A DNA stretch of 64,000 bases, taken from assembly GCF_006345805.1 (NCBI RefSeq), contig NW_021833460.1:10804-74803 (forward strand). The letters are read 5' to 3'. A model generated the notes under the pieces. It saw only the letters and a list, made by a program, of their open reading frames with translations. It was not told the DNA's origin and ran no database searches. The DNA is from Octopus sinensis (lineage: Eukaryota). The position numbers and the translations under genes are program-made. How positions within the stretch are numbered: the stretch's first letter is position 1; every line of letters begins with the position of its first letter. Positions 52,249 to 64,000 of the stretch are shown one piece after another.

Positions 52249-53746
52249 CAGGTAGGTATGTAGGTAGGTAGGTAGGTAGGTAGGTAGGTAGGTAGGTAGG
52301 TATTTAGGTAGGTAAGTAGGTAGGAGCGTACGTACGTAGCAATAGAGTCAACGCGGTGTTAGAGCCTAATATGCATACACATACTCCAGACTAAAGTGTT
52401 GATCAAGTAGAAACCATGATATGTAATTAAATTACAAAGGAGCTGGAATTGCGCGAGCGGCTTTCGAAACTCGTATCTGTTCCTGCTTTAGGATGCAGTT
52501 CACTCAGATTTGAAGGTTTCTGCATCAACTTCACTGCATAGTACCATGTAGCACATAAACTGTCGGCTAATAAATTTGACTACGCAAATTCTGTTGACTT
52601 GCCATGCGTTTAACTTTATTATAATTTTAATTATATGGACTTTCATATGAATCTTCTAATTTTATATTCGCGAATTTCAATAAAATACGGACAGACTACA
52701 CTCTTACATACAAATATATATGTATATACACATATCTATGTATGTATGTTATTGGTAGAAGTCAGGGCATTAGTATTGTTCTCGCGGCTCTCTTTCCATC
52801 TCTGACGAGGCACTCTGGTCTTCCCAGAAGAGGTAAAATTAAATCGAAACTTATATAGAATTGTTTTCTATTCATGATTATATCATTTAGATATTTTTTG
52901 GCGTTGACTAATACTGATTTTTTTTTAACATCACATAATTAACTCGTTTAACTATATTTCTCCAAATATAGTAACACTAATTTAACTATCGTTTTAAATG
53001 TATTTCTGATGGTATGTACGAATGATTTTTTAATTCTTTACTAACATGATCTCCGACTCCACAGCAACCATAAGCAACAGGCAATAGGCAAATCACTAAA
53101 AAGATTTCGTTTCTCAGCATCAATAACTAACATCAATAATGGAAATAAGGATTAGGGTCAGATAGGAAAGGCTGAGGAGAAATAGCTTAGTAAAGAACGC
53201 TAAGATAGACCACATCTGATCCATGAAATGAATGGAACAATAGTGGAAGTGTTCGTGCTCTCAGATAATCAAATCAGGAATATGATACGGACTCAACTTG
53301 AATAATTCATTGGTGGTTAGTTGGTCATCATATTAGTTAGATAGAGTACGCCGGAGTAGCTGATATATGTATTAAATTGTATGCATCTTTGTATGTATGC
53401 ATGTATGTATGTATGTATGTATGTATGTATGTATGTATGTATGTATGTATGTATGTATGTATGTATGTATGTATGTATATGTATGGATGTATGTATGAAT
53501 GTATGTATGTGTGTGTGTGTCTGTGTTTATATATGTATGTATGGATGGATGGATGAATGGAGTTATTTGTGTATAGTTATGCATGTATACATGCAAATAT
53601 ATGCAGAAAGCATATGTACGCATGCATGTATATGCATATACACACATGCACACATACCCACATCCAGACCCTCATACATACCTATACTCACATACACAAA
53701 CACAAACACACACACACATATAAGTGGTGTATGTATTTACGCATGA

Positions 53747-53778
<32 letters not shown>

Positions 53779-54462
53779 ATATATATACATATATATACAT
53801 ATACGTGTAAATATATATATACATACATGCATGTGTGTATAAATACGCATGCATGTATATTTATGCATATATTATATATATACACACACAAATATATATA
53901 TATATACATATCCATGATACTGATATGTATGTATGTGCATGTATGTATTATTATATACATACATAAATATAAGTATGTAAGTATTGGATAAATCACTTGC
54001 TCTTGTATATGCCTATGGTTAAAATCTATTTTTCCTGAACATATAGAAAACCGTAGCATTGTTTTAACTCTATGTGGAAATATTTTAACGTTCTAACTTT
54101 TTCCTTTCCTGATTGAACCGTATGTCATGTTATGCAGAAATATTGTATATTATATATCATTCATAATACACCGCTACAACTCTCACCTTCTCTCTCTCTC
54201 TCGTTCCCTCTCTCTCCTCTTCTTTATCACCATCTATTTCACAGTTCTCCTTATTTGGGCCAGTGTTTTCTATTATAGTACCATGCTTACCAAAAACTTT
54301 TTGTGGATTCGTCCGAAAAAATTGAAAGAAACTTGTTGTCTGTGTGTATGCATATATATATATATATATATGAATGCATGTATGTATATATATATTTAGA
54401 CATATAGACGTAATATATATATATATATATATACGTGAGAAAAAGCAACAAGAATGGATGGT

Positions 54463-54552
54463 TTTTAGTACGATCGTTTCATACAAGGACAGGTTTTATT
54501 AAAGTTGCAAAGATTACAGCATATAAACGAGTCCCGTACTCATCAGCTAAAA
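54463..54552 (-). ncRNA. Type I hammerhead ribozyme (left-arm copy)
   Basis: Reverse complement of the 54742-54833 motif; core and helices identical. Confidence 0.75.
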
Positions 54553-54741
54553 TACATGTAAGTTCTCTAGACATCCTAGTGTTTGAGGCTATACTCATGA
54601 AGTATGTAGATAATTAAACGATTTCTAAAGTTCATTAAAGTTCTTTAAAGAACTTTAATGAACTTTAGAATCTGTTTAATTATCTACATTACTTCATGAG
54701 TATAGCCTCAAACACTAGGATGTCTAGAGAACTTACATGTA

Positions 54742-54833
54742 TTTTAGCTGATGAGTACGGGACTCGTTTATATGCTGTAATCTTTGCAACTTTTAATAAA
54801 AACCTGTCCTTGTATGAAACGATCGTACTAAAA
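54742..54833 (+). ncRNA. Type I hammerhead ribozyme (right-arm copy)
   Basis: UUUUAG-CUGAUGA-GUACGGGAC...GUCCUUGUAU-GAA-ACGAUCGU-A-CUAAAA. 6-bp helix I, 9-bp bulged helix II, palindromic helix III, GUA site with predicted cut after 54827. Confidence 0.78.
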
Positions 54834-54977
54834 ACCTATCCATTCTTGTTGCTTCTTTCTCGCTTATAATCACCCCATTACTGTATTGTTTAATCAGTAT
54901 AGTTTTTTTTGGTGCATCTAAGTTAGGTACCATATTCAAGTAAATTTTTTAAATTAACTTGAATCTTTATTGCTCTT

Positions 54978-55018
<41 letters not shown>

Positions 55019-55056
55019 GTCTATATGTCTCTCTCTCTATATATATATATATAGAC

Positions 55057-55131
<75 letters not shown>

Positions 55132-55415
55132 TATATAAATCTATGTATGTGTACATATATATTATATTCAATCTTAGGAATAATATGTATTCCAGCCTAT
55201 TAGGAGATTTACTATTTTACAATTTACTGATGCATTGTAAAAAGTAGCATTTATAATATTATTACAAATTTTGGATTTTACCAAGATTTTACCAAGTGAC
55301 GACTGTAGTAACATTTTGGAAGACCATAAGGCCAACTGACAAGCCAGTTGAGATATTCTTTGCTGTAAGGAAGAGGAGAAATATGATGATTCAGGCAGAG
55401 CCTGCATGTATGTTT

Positions 55416-55499
<84 letters not shown>

Positions 55500-55592
55500 A
55501 TATATATATATATATGATATATATATATATATATATATATATGATATATATAATATAATATATACATATATATATACATATATATATATATG

Positions 55593-55626
<34 letters not shown>

Positions 55627-56324
55627 AAAATTCCACATAATTTCCGCCTACTTAATTCACTCACATGTCATTGGTCCTGCCAGGACTATATTATAGGACA
55701 CTTGCCCAAGATGCCGCGCAGCGTGATTGAACTTGAACCCTCCAAATAGCAAACGAGCTTCGGGAATACACATACTTCCCTGAGCCTCATATGTTAAAAG
55801 CATTTTTAGTGGACAACGAATCATCTCTTATCAGAATGAGTATTCTATCTTTTGAAAACATTCTTCATTGGTTTTGAATTTTGGTATTCAGTGCCATTTA
55901 ACTGTTTGAGATCGGGTGTAGCAGATAAGATACGTGATATGTTATCTTTATGAGCCGGGTACTTTATTCTGGGACAATGTAATAATTTATTTTTCCATTA
56001 AAAACGGGTGTGGTATTCAGACCATTTAGCAACAATTCCTCACCATACACTAAAAAGTTTTCTTGGGTACACAGGCCACCCGTTTTTATCTGAGTAGAAT
56101 CTATGAAATAGCTATTTCATAATAGCTCACAGTATTCAAGTAACTTAACCTTTTAAGTAATGGGTGTGATAATATATTATTCCTGGGACCTGGGTGTGGC
56201 ACACGAACAAAAACCCCCAAAAAGAATATTTTTCTTCTTATGAAAGTCGGGTGTGGTATCTGAACAATTTAAAACTCATTCTGAGTTTAAGTCATTTTCT
56301 TGAATAAACTACCCGACTTAGAGT

Positions 56325-56549
56325 TATTCTTTTATTCGTTTATTTTGTTTGTCATATGACTGCTGCCATGCTGGAGCACCGCCTTTAGACAAACGAATCG
56401 AGCCCCAGAACTTATTCTTCCTAAGTTTAGTACTGTTTCTTTTGGTCTCTTTTGATGAACCGCTATCTTACGGGGACGTAAACACACCATCTGTAGAAAA
56501 GCAATGGTGGGTGGGACAAATACACACAAACACACACACACACACACAT

Positions 56550-56582
<33 letters not shown>

Positions 56583-56752
56583 CATATATAGTACGGACTT
56601 CTTTCAGCTTTCGTCTACCAAATTCACTCACAAGGCTGTAGTCGACCCGAGCCCATAGTAGAAGACATTTATCCAAGGTGCCATACATTGGGACTGAACC
56701 TGGAACCATGTGGTTGGGAAACAAGCTACTTACCACAGAGTCTCGCTTGCGC
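56325..56752 (-). mobile_element. SINE family A, near full length
   Basis: Collinear with 1060-1462. Confidence 0.85.
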
Positions 56753-57177
56753 ATTCAGTTGATGTAACTCTGGATGCATGGTTAAAGGGTTCTCTTCCTA
56801 AGTATGGATATGGTGTCCGGTTCTATGCTGAATCATTTATACAAATTGTCATGTACCCAGAGACCCTGTGAATCAAATTTCATACATGGTAACTGTGAAG
56901 AAATCTGCCGTGTAACTCTTCGTACTCTTGCCAAGTATACCGAATTTTTTAACCGGTTTAGCACAACCCTCTGGACCTCAGGTCCTTTAGAGGAGCCCTT
57001 TGTTTTGCAAGCGTTCGCCGCTTAACTCTGAAAGGAAACTAACCTTCTTTCTCATTCCCATCAAACATGCACTCCGGGGAAAGGACCCTGGCCATCGACA
57101 TTGTTCTGGGCAGAAATGCTGAAATACGCTTAGTAGTATTAATAGCACTCCTACTACTGCTGCTGCTGCTGCTGCTG

Positions 57178-57229
<52 letters not shown>

Positions 57230-57261
57230 AAATGATCCTTTCTATCATAAGCACAACGCCT

Positions 57262-57448
57262 GAAATTTTGCGGGGGGGTTTTAGTCGTTTACATTGACAT
57301 CAGTGTTTCACCGGCACTTACTTTATCGACCCCGACATGATGAAAAGCAAAGTCGACCACAGCATAATTTGAACAGAGAACGTAAATACGGACGAAATGC
57401 CGCTAAGTATTTTACCCGGTGCGCTAACGATTCTACCAGATCGCCGCC
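57262..57448 (-). mobile_element. SINE family C
   Basis: tttatcgaccccgac...aaagcaaagtcgacc...gaaatgccgctaagtattt...gcgctaacgattct. Confidence 0.75.
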
Positions 57449-57454
57449 TTGATG

Positions 57455-57459
57455 ATAAT

Positions 57460-57517
<58 letters not shown>

Positions 57518-57665
57518 TTAAGAATAATAAGAATAATAAGAAAGAAGAAAAGAAGAAAGAGAAGAAGAAGAAGAAGAAGAAGAAAGAAAAAAGAAGAAGA
57601 AGAAGAAGAAGAAGAAGAAGAAGAAGAAGAAGAAGAAGAAGAAGAAGAAGAAGAAGAAGAAGAAG
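57455..57665. repeat. (AAT)n-(AAG)n compound microsatellite
   Basis: Direct reading. Confidence 0.95.
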
Positions 57666-57671
57666 AGCTTT

Positions 57672-57858
57672 AAATTTTGACACAAGATCAGCAATTATGC
57701 GAGAGGGTTAAATCGATTACATTGGCCCAGTACGCAACTGGTACTTATTTTATCGAACCCGAATGGAAGAAAGACAACGTCGACTTCGGTGGCATTTGAA
57801 CTCAGGACGAAATACTGCTAATCTTTTTGCTCGATCGGCTAACGATTGTGCTAGCTCA
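57672..57858 (-). mobile_element. SINE family C
   Basis: aaatcgattacattggcccagtacgcaactggtacttattttatcgaacc...atttgaactcag. Confidence 0.72.
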
Positions 57859-58186
57859 ACAATATACGTAATATCGGCCAAAAAAACAACACCACCAAAT
57901 GTTGTAAGATTTCCCATGTTCTGTCCATAATTTCAGAATCACTTATTATTATTATATATAAGAAATATTGAATTTCTAAATCTCTCGTAGAGACCTGTAC
58001 GGTGGTGGGGCGATAGAATGGTTGTATACTGTCAATCTAACAAGAACGTGACAGTAGGGGGTACACCACCTTTGTATAGCACTAGGAGGCATCGAACGCC
58101 TCCTGACAGCTTCGACACATTTTTTTCCTGTGTCCTTATATACATATACGAAGGGGAGACAAACACCCCCAACCGCCAGAACTGCA

Positions 58187-58232
58187 TCTAGGGACACCGT
58201 GTTTCAGGATCATTATCCTTCATCGGCCTAGA
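58187..58232 (-). ncRNA. Compact type I hammerhead with a U4C core change
   Basis: UCUAGG-CCGAUGA-AGGAU(AAUG)AUCCU-GAA-ACACGGUGU-C-CCUAGA: all three helices pair and the site is GUC. Confidence 0.72.
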
Positions 58233-58559
58233 GTAGCAGACATTATTATTATTAGTTACAGATCAATGACGAAGAATTAAACCGAAATTCTTTGCCGTAC
58301 GGCAATAGATCAGAATAAACTTTGTTGTTATGTCCAAGATAAAGATTTTAAAAGATAATTTCTTTAAGCAGCTTTTCTATACATATTTTACAGGGACCAT
58401 TTGTAGCTGTTAGTTATCTCCTATCGGTCACTGTTTCCCCCCCTCCCATGCCTCTCAAACACAGACATACATTCTTTGTCCCTGCCCGTTTCTCTCTGAG
58501 GTGTTTTCATATATAAGCATATATGCATATATATGTATGATATATATATATATATACAT

Positions 58560-58606
<47 letters not shown>

Positions 58607-58745
58607 TATATATATATATACATATATACATATATAGATAGATATAGATATATAGATGTATATTTATGTACATATGAATGTGTATATATATATATATATA
58701 TAATATGTACATACATACGTACATATATTATATATGCATGTATAT

Positions 58746-58788
<43 letters not shown>

Positions 58789-59314
58789 TAGATAGATAGA
58801 TATACATATATTCACATCTAAACGCACACACGCACTTGTATACAGTCTCTCCCTCACACACACATACATACATACATACATACATACATACATACATACA
58901 TACATACATACATACAAAAGAGAGTAGAGGAGACAAGTTATGTGTTAGTATGATTAGCGAGTAAATCCGTAAGAAAAGTGGAAGACTTAATATCTGAACA
59001 ATATTCATGTTGTGACTTTATAAAGCATCTAAAATTTATATTCAGTGACAAAACAATGTTGTAAATCTCAAGAAAACACACACACACACACACATACATC
59101 AAGATTTCAATATCTTACAGTCTATACATTCGATTAATTCAGAAATCACAGATGACACACGTGAGCTGTTGATGATAGGTTATAGTTCGAATTATCTATA
59201 TCCCTGTAAAATAAGTATAAAAATAACAGCTTAAGGGATATGTTTAATTATAGATTTACAGGCTTGACTAGGTGTAGTTAATAGTTATGGTAGAATTATA
59301 GTAGAACTTGCACA

Positions 59315-59495
59315 GGAAAAAATATTTGTGGCAGTTCTTTCTAAGTTTACATTTTGATATCAAATTCCACCAATGTCATCTTTGCATTTCATCCTTGCAG
59401 CATCGTTAAAATAAGTACCAGTTGAACACTGGTATCGATGTAATCGACTTAGCTCCTCTCCTGATATTACTGGCCCTGTGCTAAAACTTAGGACC
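59315..59495 (+). mobile_element. SINE family C, degraded
   Basis: tttgcatttcatcc...aaaataagtaccagttgaacactggtatcgatgtaatcgact. Confidence 0.65.
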
Positions 59496-60423
59496 AGTTT
59501 TTATGTTAGAGTTTATTTGCGTAAAGTCAATGTTTATCTCCCTTGAAACTTAGAGCTTCACACGTACCGCCGGCCATTGTTTACGCTTTCTAACAATGAA
59601 TGGCAGAAAACAAGCTTTAAGCAGAAGTATCAGCGTTCCGTTGAGGTCATATAATAAGCTTTGCTGTTAAGTTTTGGGAGTTGATAATAGTTAATGCTAG
59701 TTAATTAACACTTATTATCTGTCGTATGATTTAGCAGCAATCGCAATGTGTATATTTGTGTGGATGTCAAAAAAACGTTGCATTTGAAACATACTAAACT
59801 GTTTTGTCATCTGTTTGGAATGGCGCAATTGATCCTGCATTTTCAGTAACTGCGAATTTTGCGTTGGCTTCTAACGGTTAGGATATAATACTTTCTTAAC
59901 ATGCTCTCCAACGCTGTTGACTGTTCACTAGTACACCAAGCTGTTCTTGACAAAAGGTGACATAAAAATTCGTCAAATGTATATCGAACTCCCTTTATAT
60001 TTCAGAAATTAGCGATAACCCAAGTTTATATCGTATGTTCCTACATGTGTTTCACCAATTCGTTCTTTTGAACTCTGCATTGGATATTTCACGTAAAATT
60101 ATATGCTTAACCACAAAGGATCATCAGGGAACATTTTATTGCATTATGTTACAAAAGCTAATGTCTAGTGTTGGGTGGATGGTGAATCGTTTTAAAAGTT
60201 AAGAGAGGGGTAAGAAGGAAAGGAATCAGCATGGAAAGAGAAAAAGGAAATTGGAAAGAAGAGAATGAGAGGGAGAAGAGGAAAAAAAGAGAGCATAGAG
60301 AAAAAGAGAGAGGAAAAAGAGAAAGTGAGATGAGTACAAACTTAGTAAGAAAGAAAGAAAGAAAAAAAGAAACCAAAACTTAAATTAAAGGAGTAAACAA
60401 AATTATGTTGACTGAATACTTGA

Positions 60424-60739
60424 GACATCCTTTCAGTCATGAATGACCATGGAATTGCACCTAGAAAGTCCGGGCAAGGTTGTTTATGGAAGGCCAACAG
60501 ACACCCTTGCATACCGGCCTTCCTTCTCCACACCGCTGATGTTATCCAAAAGAAAGGCAAAGGCCAATACAGCTTGGCACCAGTGCTGTCGCAACTCATT
60601 TCTACAGTTGAGTGAACTGGAGCAACGTGAAATATAGTGTCATGCTCAAGAACACAACACGCAGCCCGGTCCTGGAATCGAACTCACAACCTCACGATCG
60701 TAAGCTCGACGCTCTAACCACCGAGCCATGAGCCTTCAC
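60424..60739 (-). mobile_element. tRNA-derived SINE, family D
   Basis: Minus head gtgaaggctcatggctcggtggttagagcgtcgagc...gagttcgattccaggaccgggc; body ends ccatggtcattcatgactgaaagg. Confidence 0.8.
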
Positions 60740-60954
60740 GTAGTATAATAGTAAATTATGAGAAATGGATACATAAATAATAATACACTCAAGAGAGGAA
60801 GAAAAGGAAAAGAGCAAGTTAATGAATGAATAGTGAGAAAGAGGCAGCAAGAGATTATAAAATAGAGGAGTGTGCAAATTTGTGAGTCAGTTAAGATTCA
60901 TTGAAACCGAAACAATTCGGAAAATTAATATCAACACAAATATATATGTGTGTT

Positions 60955-61157
60955 AGTGTGTGTGTGTGTGTGTGTGTGTTGTGTGTGTGTGTGTGTGTGT
61001 ATGTGTGTGTTTGCGTGTGTGTGTGTGTGTGCGTGTGTGTGTGTGTATGTGTGTGTATGTGTGTGTGTGTGTATGTGTGTGTGTATGTGTGTGTGTGTAT
61101 GTGTGTGTGTATGTGTGTGTTTGCGTGTGTGTGTGTGGGTGTGTGTGGTGTGTGCGT

Positions 61158-61197
<40 letters not shown>
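60955..61197. repeat. (GT)n compound microsatellite
   Basis: Direct reading. Confidence 0.95.
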
Positions 61198-61198
<1 letters not shown>

Positions 61199-61229
61199 AA
61201 TAACTATGGGTAGGTCATGGTCTCTCGCA

Positions 61230-61590
61230 GAATAGGTGTCCAAAAGTCACTTTGTTTATTACAGAAGGACTAATTCTAAACACACATACCTTTGTAGATC
61301 AAAATGGATCTGCAGTAAAAAGCATTGACCATAGAAATTTATAGTCAATACTTTTTAATTTTGAGTTATGTATATATTCGGAAAGTTATCTGGAATGACT
61401 GCGTCTTGTGTCAGAACGAGAATTTTTATGCGTATTCAATCTGTTTTTAAAATCTTTGGATGATCCTACACTAAATTTAATGATGCGTTTTATAAGATTG
61501 CACTTGTAGACATCATTCTTTTTATAGCATTTCCCGCTGAAAGAGTAGCCAGTCCCTTCCAGCTTGGAATTACCAGTGTAGTATCCTGGA
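61230..61590 (-). pseudogene. Penelope-like GIY-YIG endonuclease remnant
   Basis: FSGKCYKKNDVYKC...KFSVGSSKDFKNRLNTHKNS...*LSEYIHNSKLKSIDYKFLWSML has the same motif order as 15503-15870. Confidence 0.65.
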
Positions 61591-62170
61591 ACATGAAACA
61601 GCTCATCATACCGCATAGGCGGTGAACACGTAGAAACAATCAACCACGTGATATAATCTCTGAATGCAACAGACTGGCACCAACAAAACACTTGCAAAGT
61701 CATGACAGGGTAGGTAACTCAGTACATATACTGCTCAATATGCCGCACATACAACCTCCCTCACAAGAACAATTGGTGAAAATACAAACCATCAGAAGTT
61801 GTTGCCCAGAATGCCGAGTAATTTCAGTGTTCAGAATGATCTGAAAATACAGGGAAATCGACCTGACCTCATTCTGAAAAATCATTTTGAAATGACTTGT
61901 CTTCTGATTCATGCCGCAGCTCGGCTGACAGATACACATCTCCGAAACGTTTGAAAGCTGAGTAAATATCAGGACTGACCTGGAGATTAAAATCAGTATA
62001 ATGTGTCATATCAAAACAAAATTACCTATTATCACTGGGGCGCACGAAATGATATTAAGAGTAACAAACAAGTACGTAGACCAGATCCCTTGCAACCCCA
62101 AAATAACCGAATTTCAAAACATTATACTTATGGTTACCATTCATATTCTCCGTAAATTCTCCTCCAAGTG
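61590..62170 (+). pseudogene. Old R4/Dong-like CCHC and RLE remnant
   Basis: GEHVETINHV..SECNRLAPTKHLQSHDRVG...NRPDLILKN...LSKYQD...aligns by eye with the young Dong C-terminus; many frameshifts; (CTA)n/(TAA)n downstream. Confidence 0.7.
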
Positions 62171-62324
62171 ATTGCAACATTATTCACCCTGTTTATCTTT
62201 GTTTCACAGATGTCGCACGCCACCGCACTAGTCAACGTCTTTAGACGTAAAACACTGTTGGCCCTGGACGTCTCTGATGGAAGCTTCAGTACAATTCTTT
62301 TAAATTAAAACAAAACCAGAACAT

Positions 62325-62361
62325 AATGTTTCTACTACTACTACAACTACTACTACTACTT

Positions 62362-62415
<54 letters not shown>

Positions 62416-62434
62416 ATAATAATAATAATAATAA

Positions 62435-62473
<39 letters not shown>

Positions 62474-62502
62474 TAATAATAATAATAATGATAATAATGA
62501 TA

Positions 62503-62533
<31 letters not shown>

Positions 62534-62906
62534 TGATAAAAATAATAATAGAAGCAAAATGATAGAAAAGACGAAGATCAACAATAACAAAAAAATACAA
62601 GGACCAGGAGTATCTAAACGAGAAGACGAACACGAAATAATAATTATGGGAACAAAAATGAAAGCAGGATGATATGGAAAAAAATCAGAACTGTCAGGAA
62701 TAGAGAAGACAAAAAAACAACCCAACAAAATAACGAAATTTATACTAAATTTTTAATAACAACAGCAACAACAATTTAACAATAACAAAAATAATAGCAA
62801 CAGCTATGATGATGATAATAATAATAATAATAATAATAATATATAATAATAATAATAATAATAAAATAATAATAATATAATAATAATAATAATAATGATA
62901 ATAAAA

Positions 62907-62997
<91 letters not shown>

Positions 62998-63015
62998 GTA
63001 ATTATAATACCAATA
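62325..63015. repeat. (CTA)n and long (TAA)n tracts
   Basis: Direct reading. Confidence 0.93.
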
Positions 63016-63471
63016 ATATGAATGCAAATATGCAGCCTTCTAAAAATAAATTGTCGCTCTGGTAATTTCATGTCATCTTTTTGTAAAAATTATCTTGCAT
63101 GCAGTTTGCCATATATCGTAGTAATATTTGACAAAGTAATATATTCTTTAAGAGAAATGGGAATAAAACGTCTCCTTGGAATATGCTTGCAGTTGCTGTT
63201 GATTTAAAATGTTCGGTTTACAACTTTAGCTGTGAACGGAAACATTCATAGTCGGAGTATATCATCTTTATCTCTTGACAAATTTCATAATTGCCCAATT
63301 ATCAACATCTAACATGTTTTTTATATGATGTTACATAGCATATCATATCATACAATATACCATGGTTTGCATTATATTTTATATTATTAAAATATAATAA
63401 TTTTGATACGTTATGCAGGGTATGTGTATGTGGGTTTATGTTCGCGCTAATGCTGTCTATCTATCTATCTC

Positions 63472-63531
<60 letters not shown>

Positions 63532-63532
63532 C

Positions 63533-63572
<40 letters not shown>

Positions 63573-63605
63573 ATATTTTATATATATGTATATATATATA
63601 TATAT

Positions 63606-63640
<35 letters not shown>

Positions 63641-63721
63641 CCCATCTGTCTATCTATTTGTTACTTATATATTTAACTATCTCTGTCTCTATGTGTGTGC
63701 GTACGTATATATTCTTTCTTT

Positions 63722-63948
63722 TTATTCTTTTACTTGTTTCAGTCATTTGACTGCGGCCATGCTGGAGCACCGCCTTTAGTCGAGCAAATCGACCCAATGA
63801 CTTATTCATTCTAGTGCTTATTATATCAGTCCTTTTGGCCGAACCGAACTAAGTTACGGGGACGTAAACAAACCAGCATCGGTTGTCAAGAGATGTTGTG
63901 GGAACAAACACGGAGGCACATGCACAAATACGACGGGCTTCTTTTCAG
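63722..63948 (-). mobile_element. SINE family A, 3' half
   Basis: cagtcatttgactgcggccatgctggagcaccgcctttagtcgagcaaatcgaccc. Confidence 0.85.
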
Positions 63949-64000
63949 AAAATAGTACAAAAGTCAAATCTACATTTAAAAAAAAAGATTCCATCTTATA

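Larger units (their letters stand above)
54436..54862. repeat. Spacerless palindrome, arms ~211 and ~216 bp, axis between 54646 and 54647
   Basis: Centre aaagttcttt|aaagaacttt; the arms differ almost only by single-base indels. Confidence 0.95.

Noticed and set aside
52795-52870. CUGACGA...GAAAC on the plus strand
   Set aside because: Helix II base and helices I and III do not pair; CUGANGA hits at 17429, 18415, 35950, 44640, 49049 and 49271 fail likewise.

Overview
AT-rich, microsatellite-saturated eukaryotic non-coding DNA. I recognise the SINE families as Octopus-like; this is from memory, not a database search. No host protein-coding gene can be supported, and almost all listed ORFs are translations of simple repeats. 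Real coding remnants are all transposon-derived: two young 5'-truncated R4/Dong-clade retrotransposons (RT, CCHC, restriction-like endonuclease) plus two older fragments, two Penelope-like GIY-YIG remnants, a CR1/L2/Jockey-type fragment and Tc1/mariner deletion derivatives. Two things stand out. (1) A 6.6-kb head-to-tail train of retroelements built inside a (TAA)n tract (21184-27830). It combines Dong elements with a ~558-bp non-coding element lacking a tRNA head, present six times in the window, with a 5' inversion and a recombinant copy. (2) Several type I hammerhead ribozyme motifs of unrelated sequence. These include a mirror-image pair in a spacerless ~425-bp palindrome (54436-54862) and one downstream of a Penelope-like endonuclease. 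Structures were folded by eye; SINE boundaries and identities are approximate.
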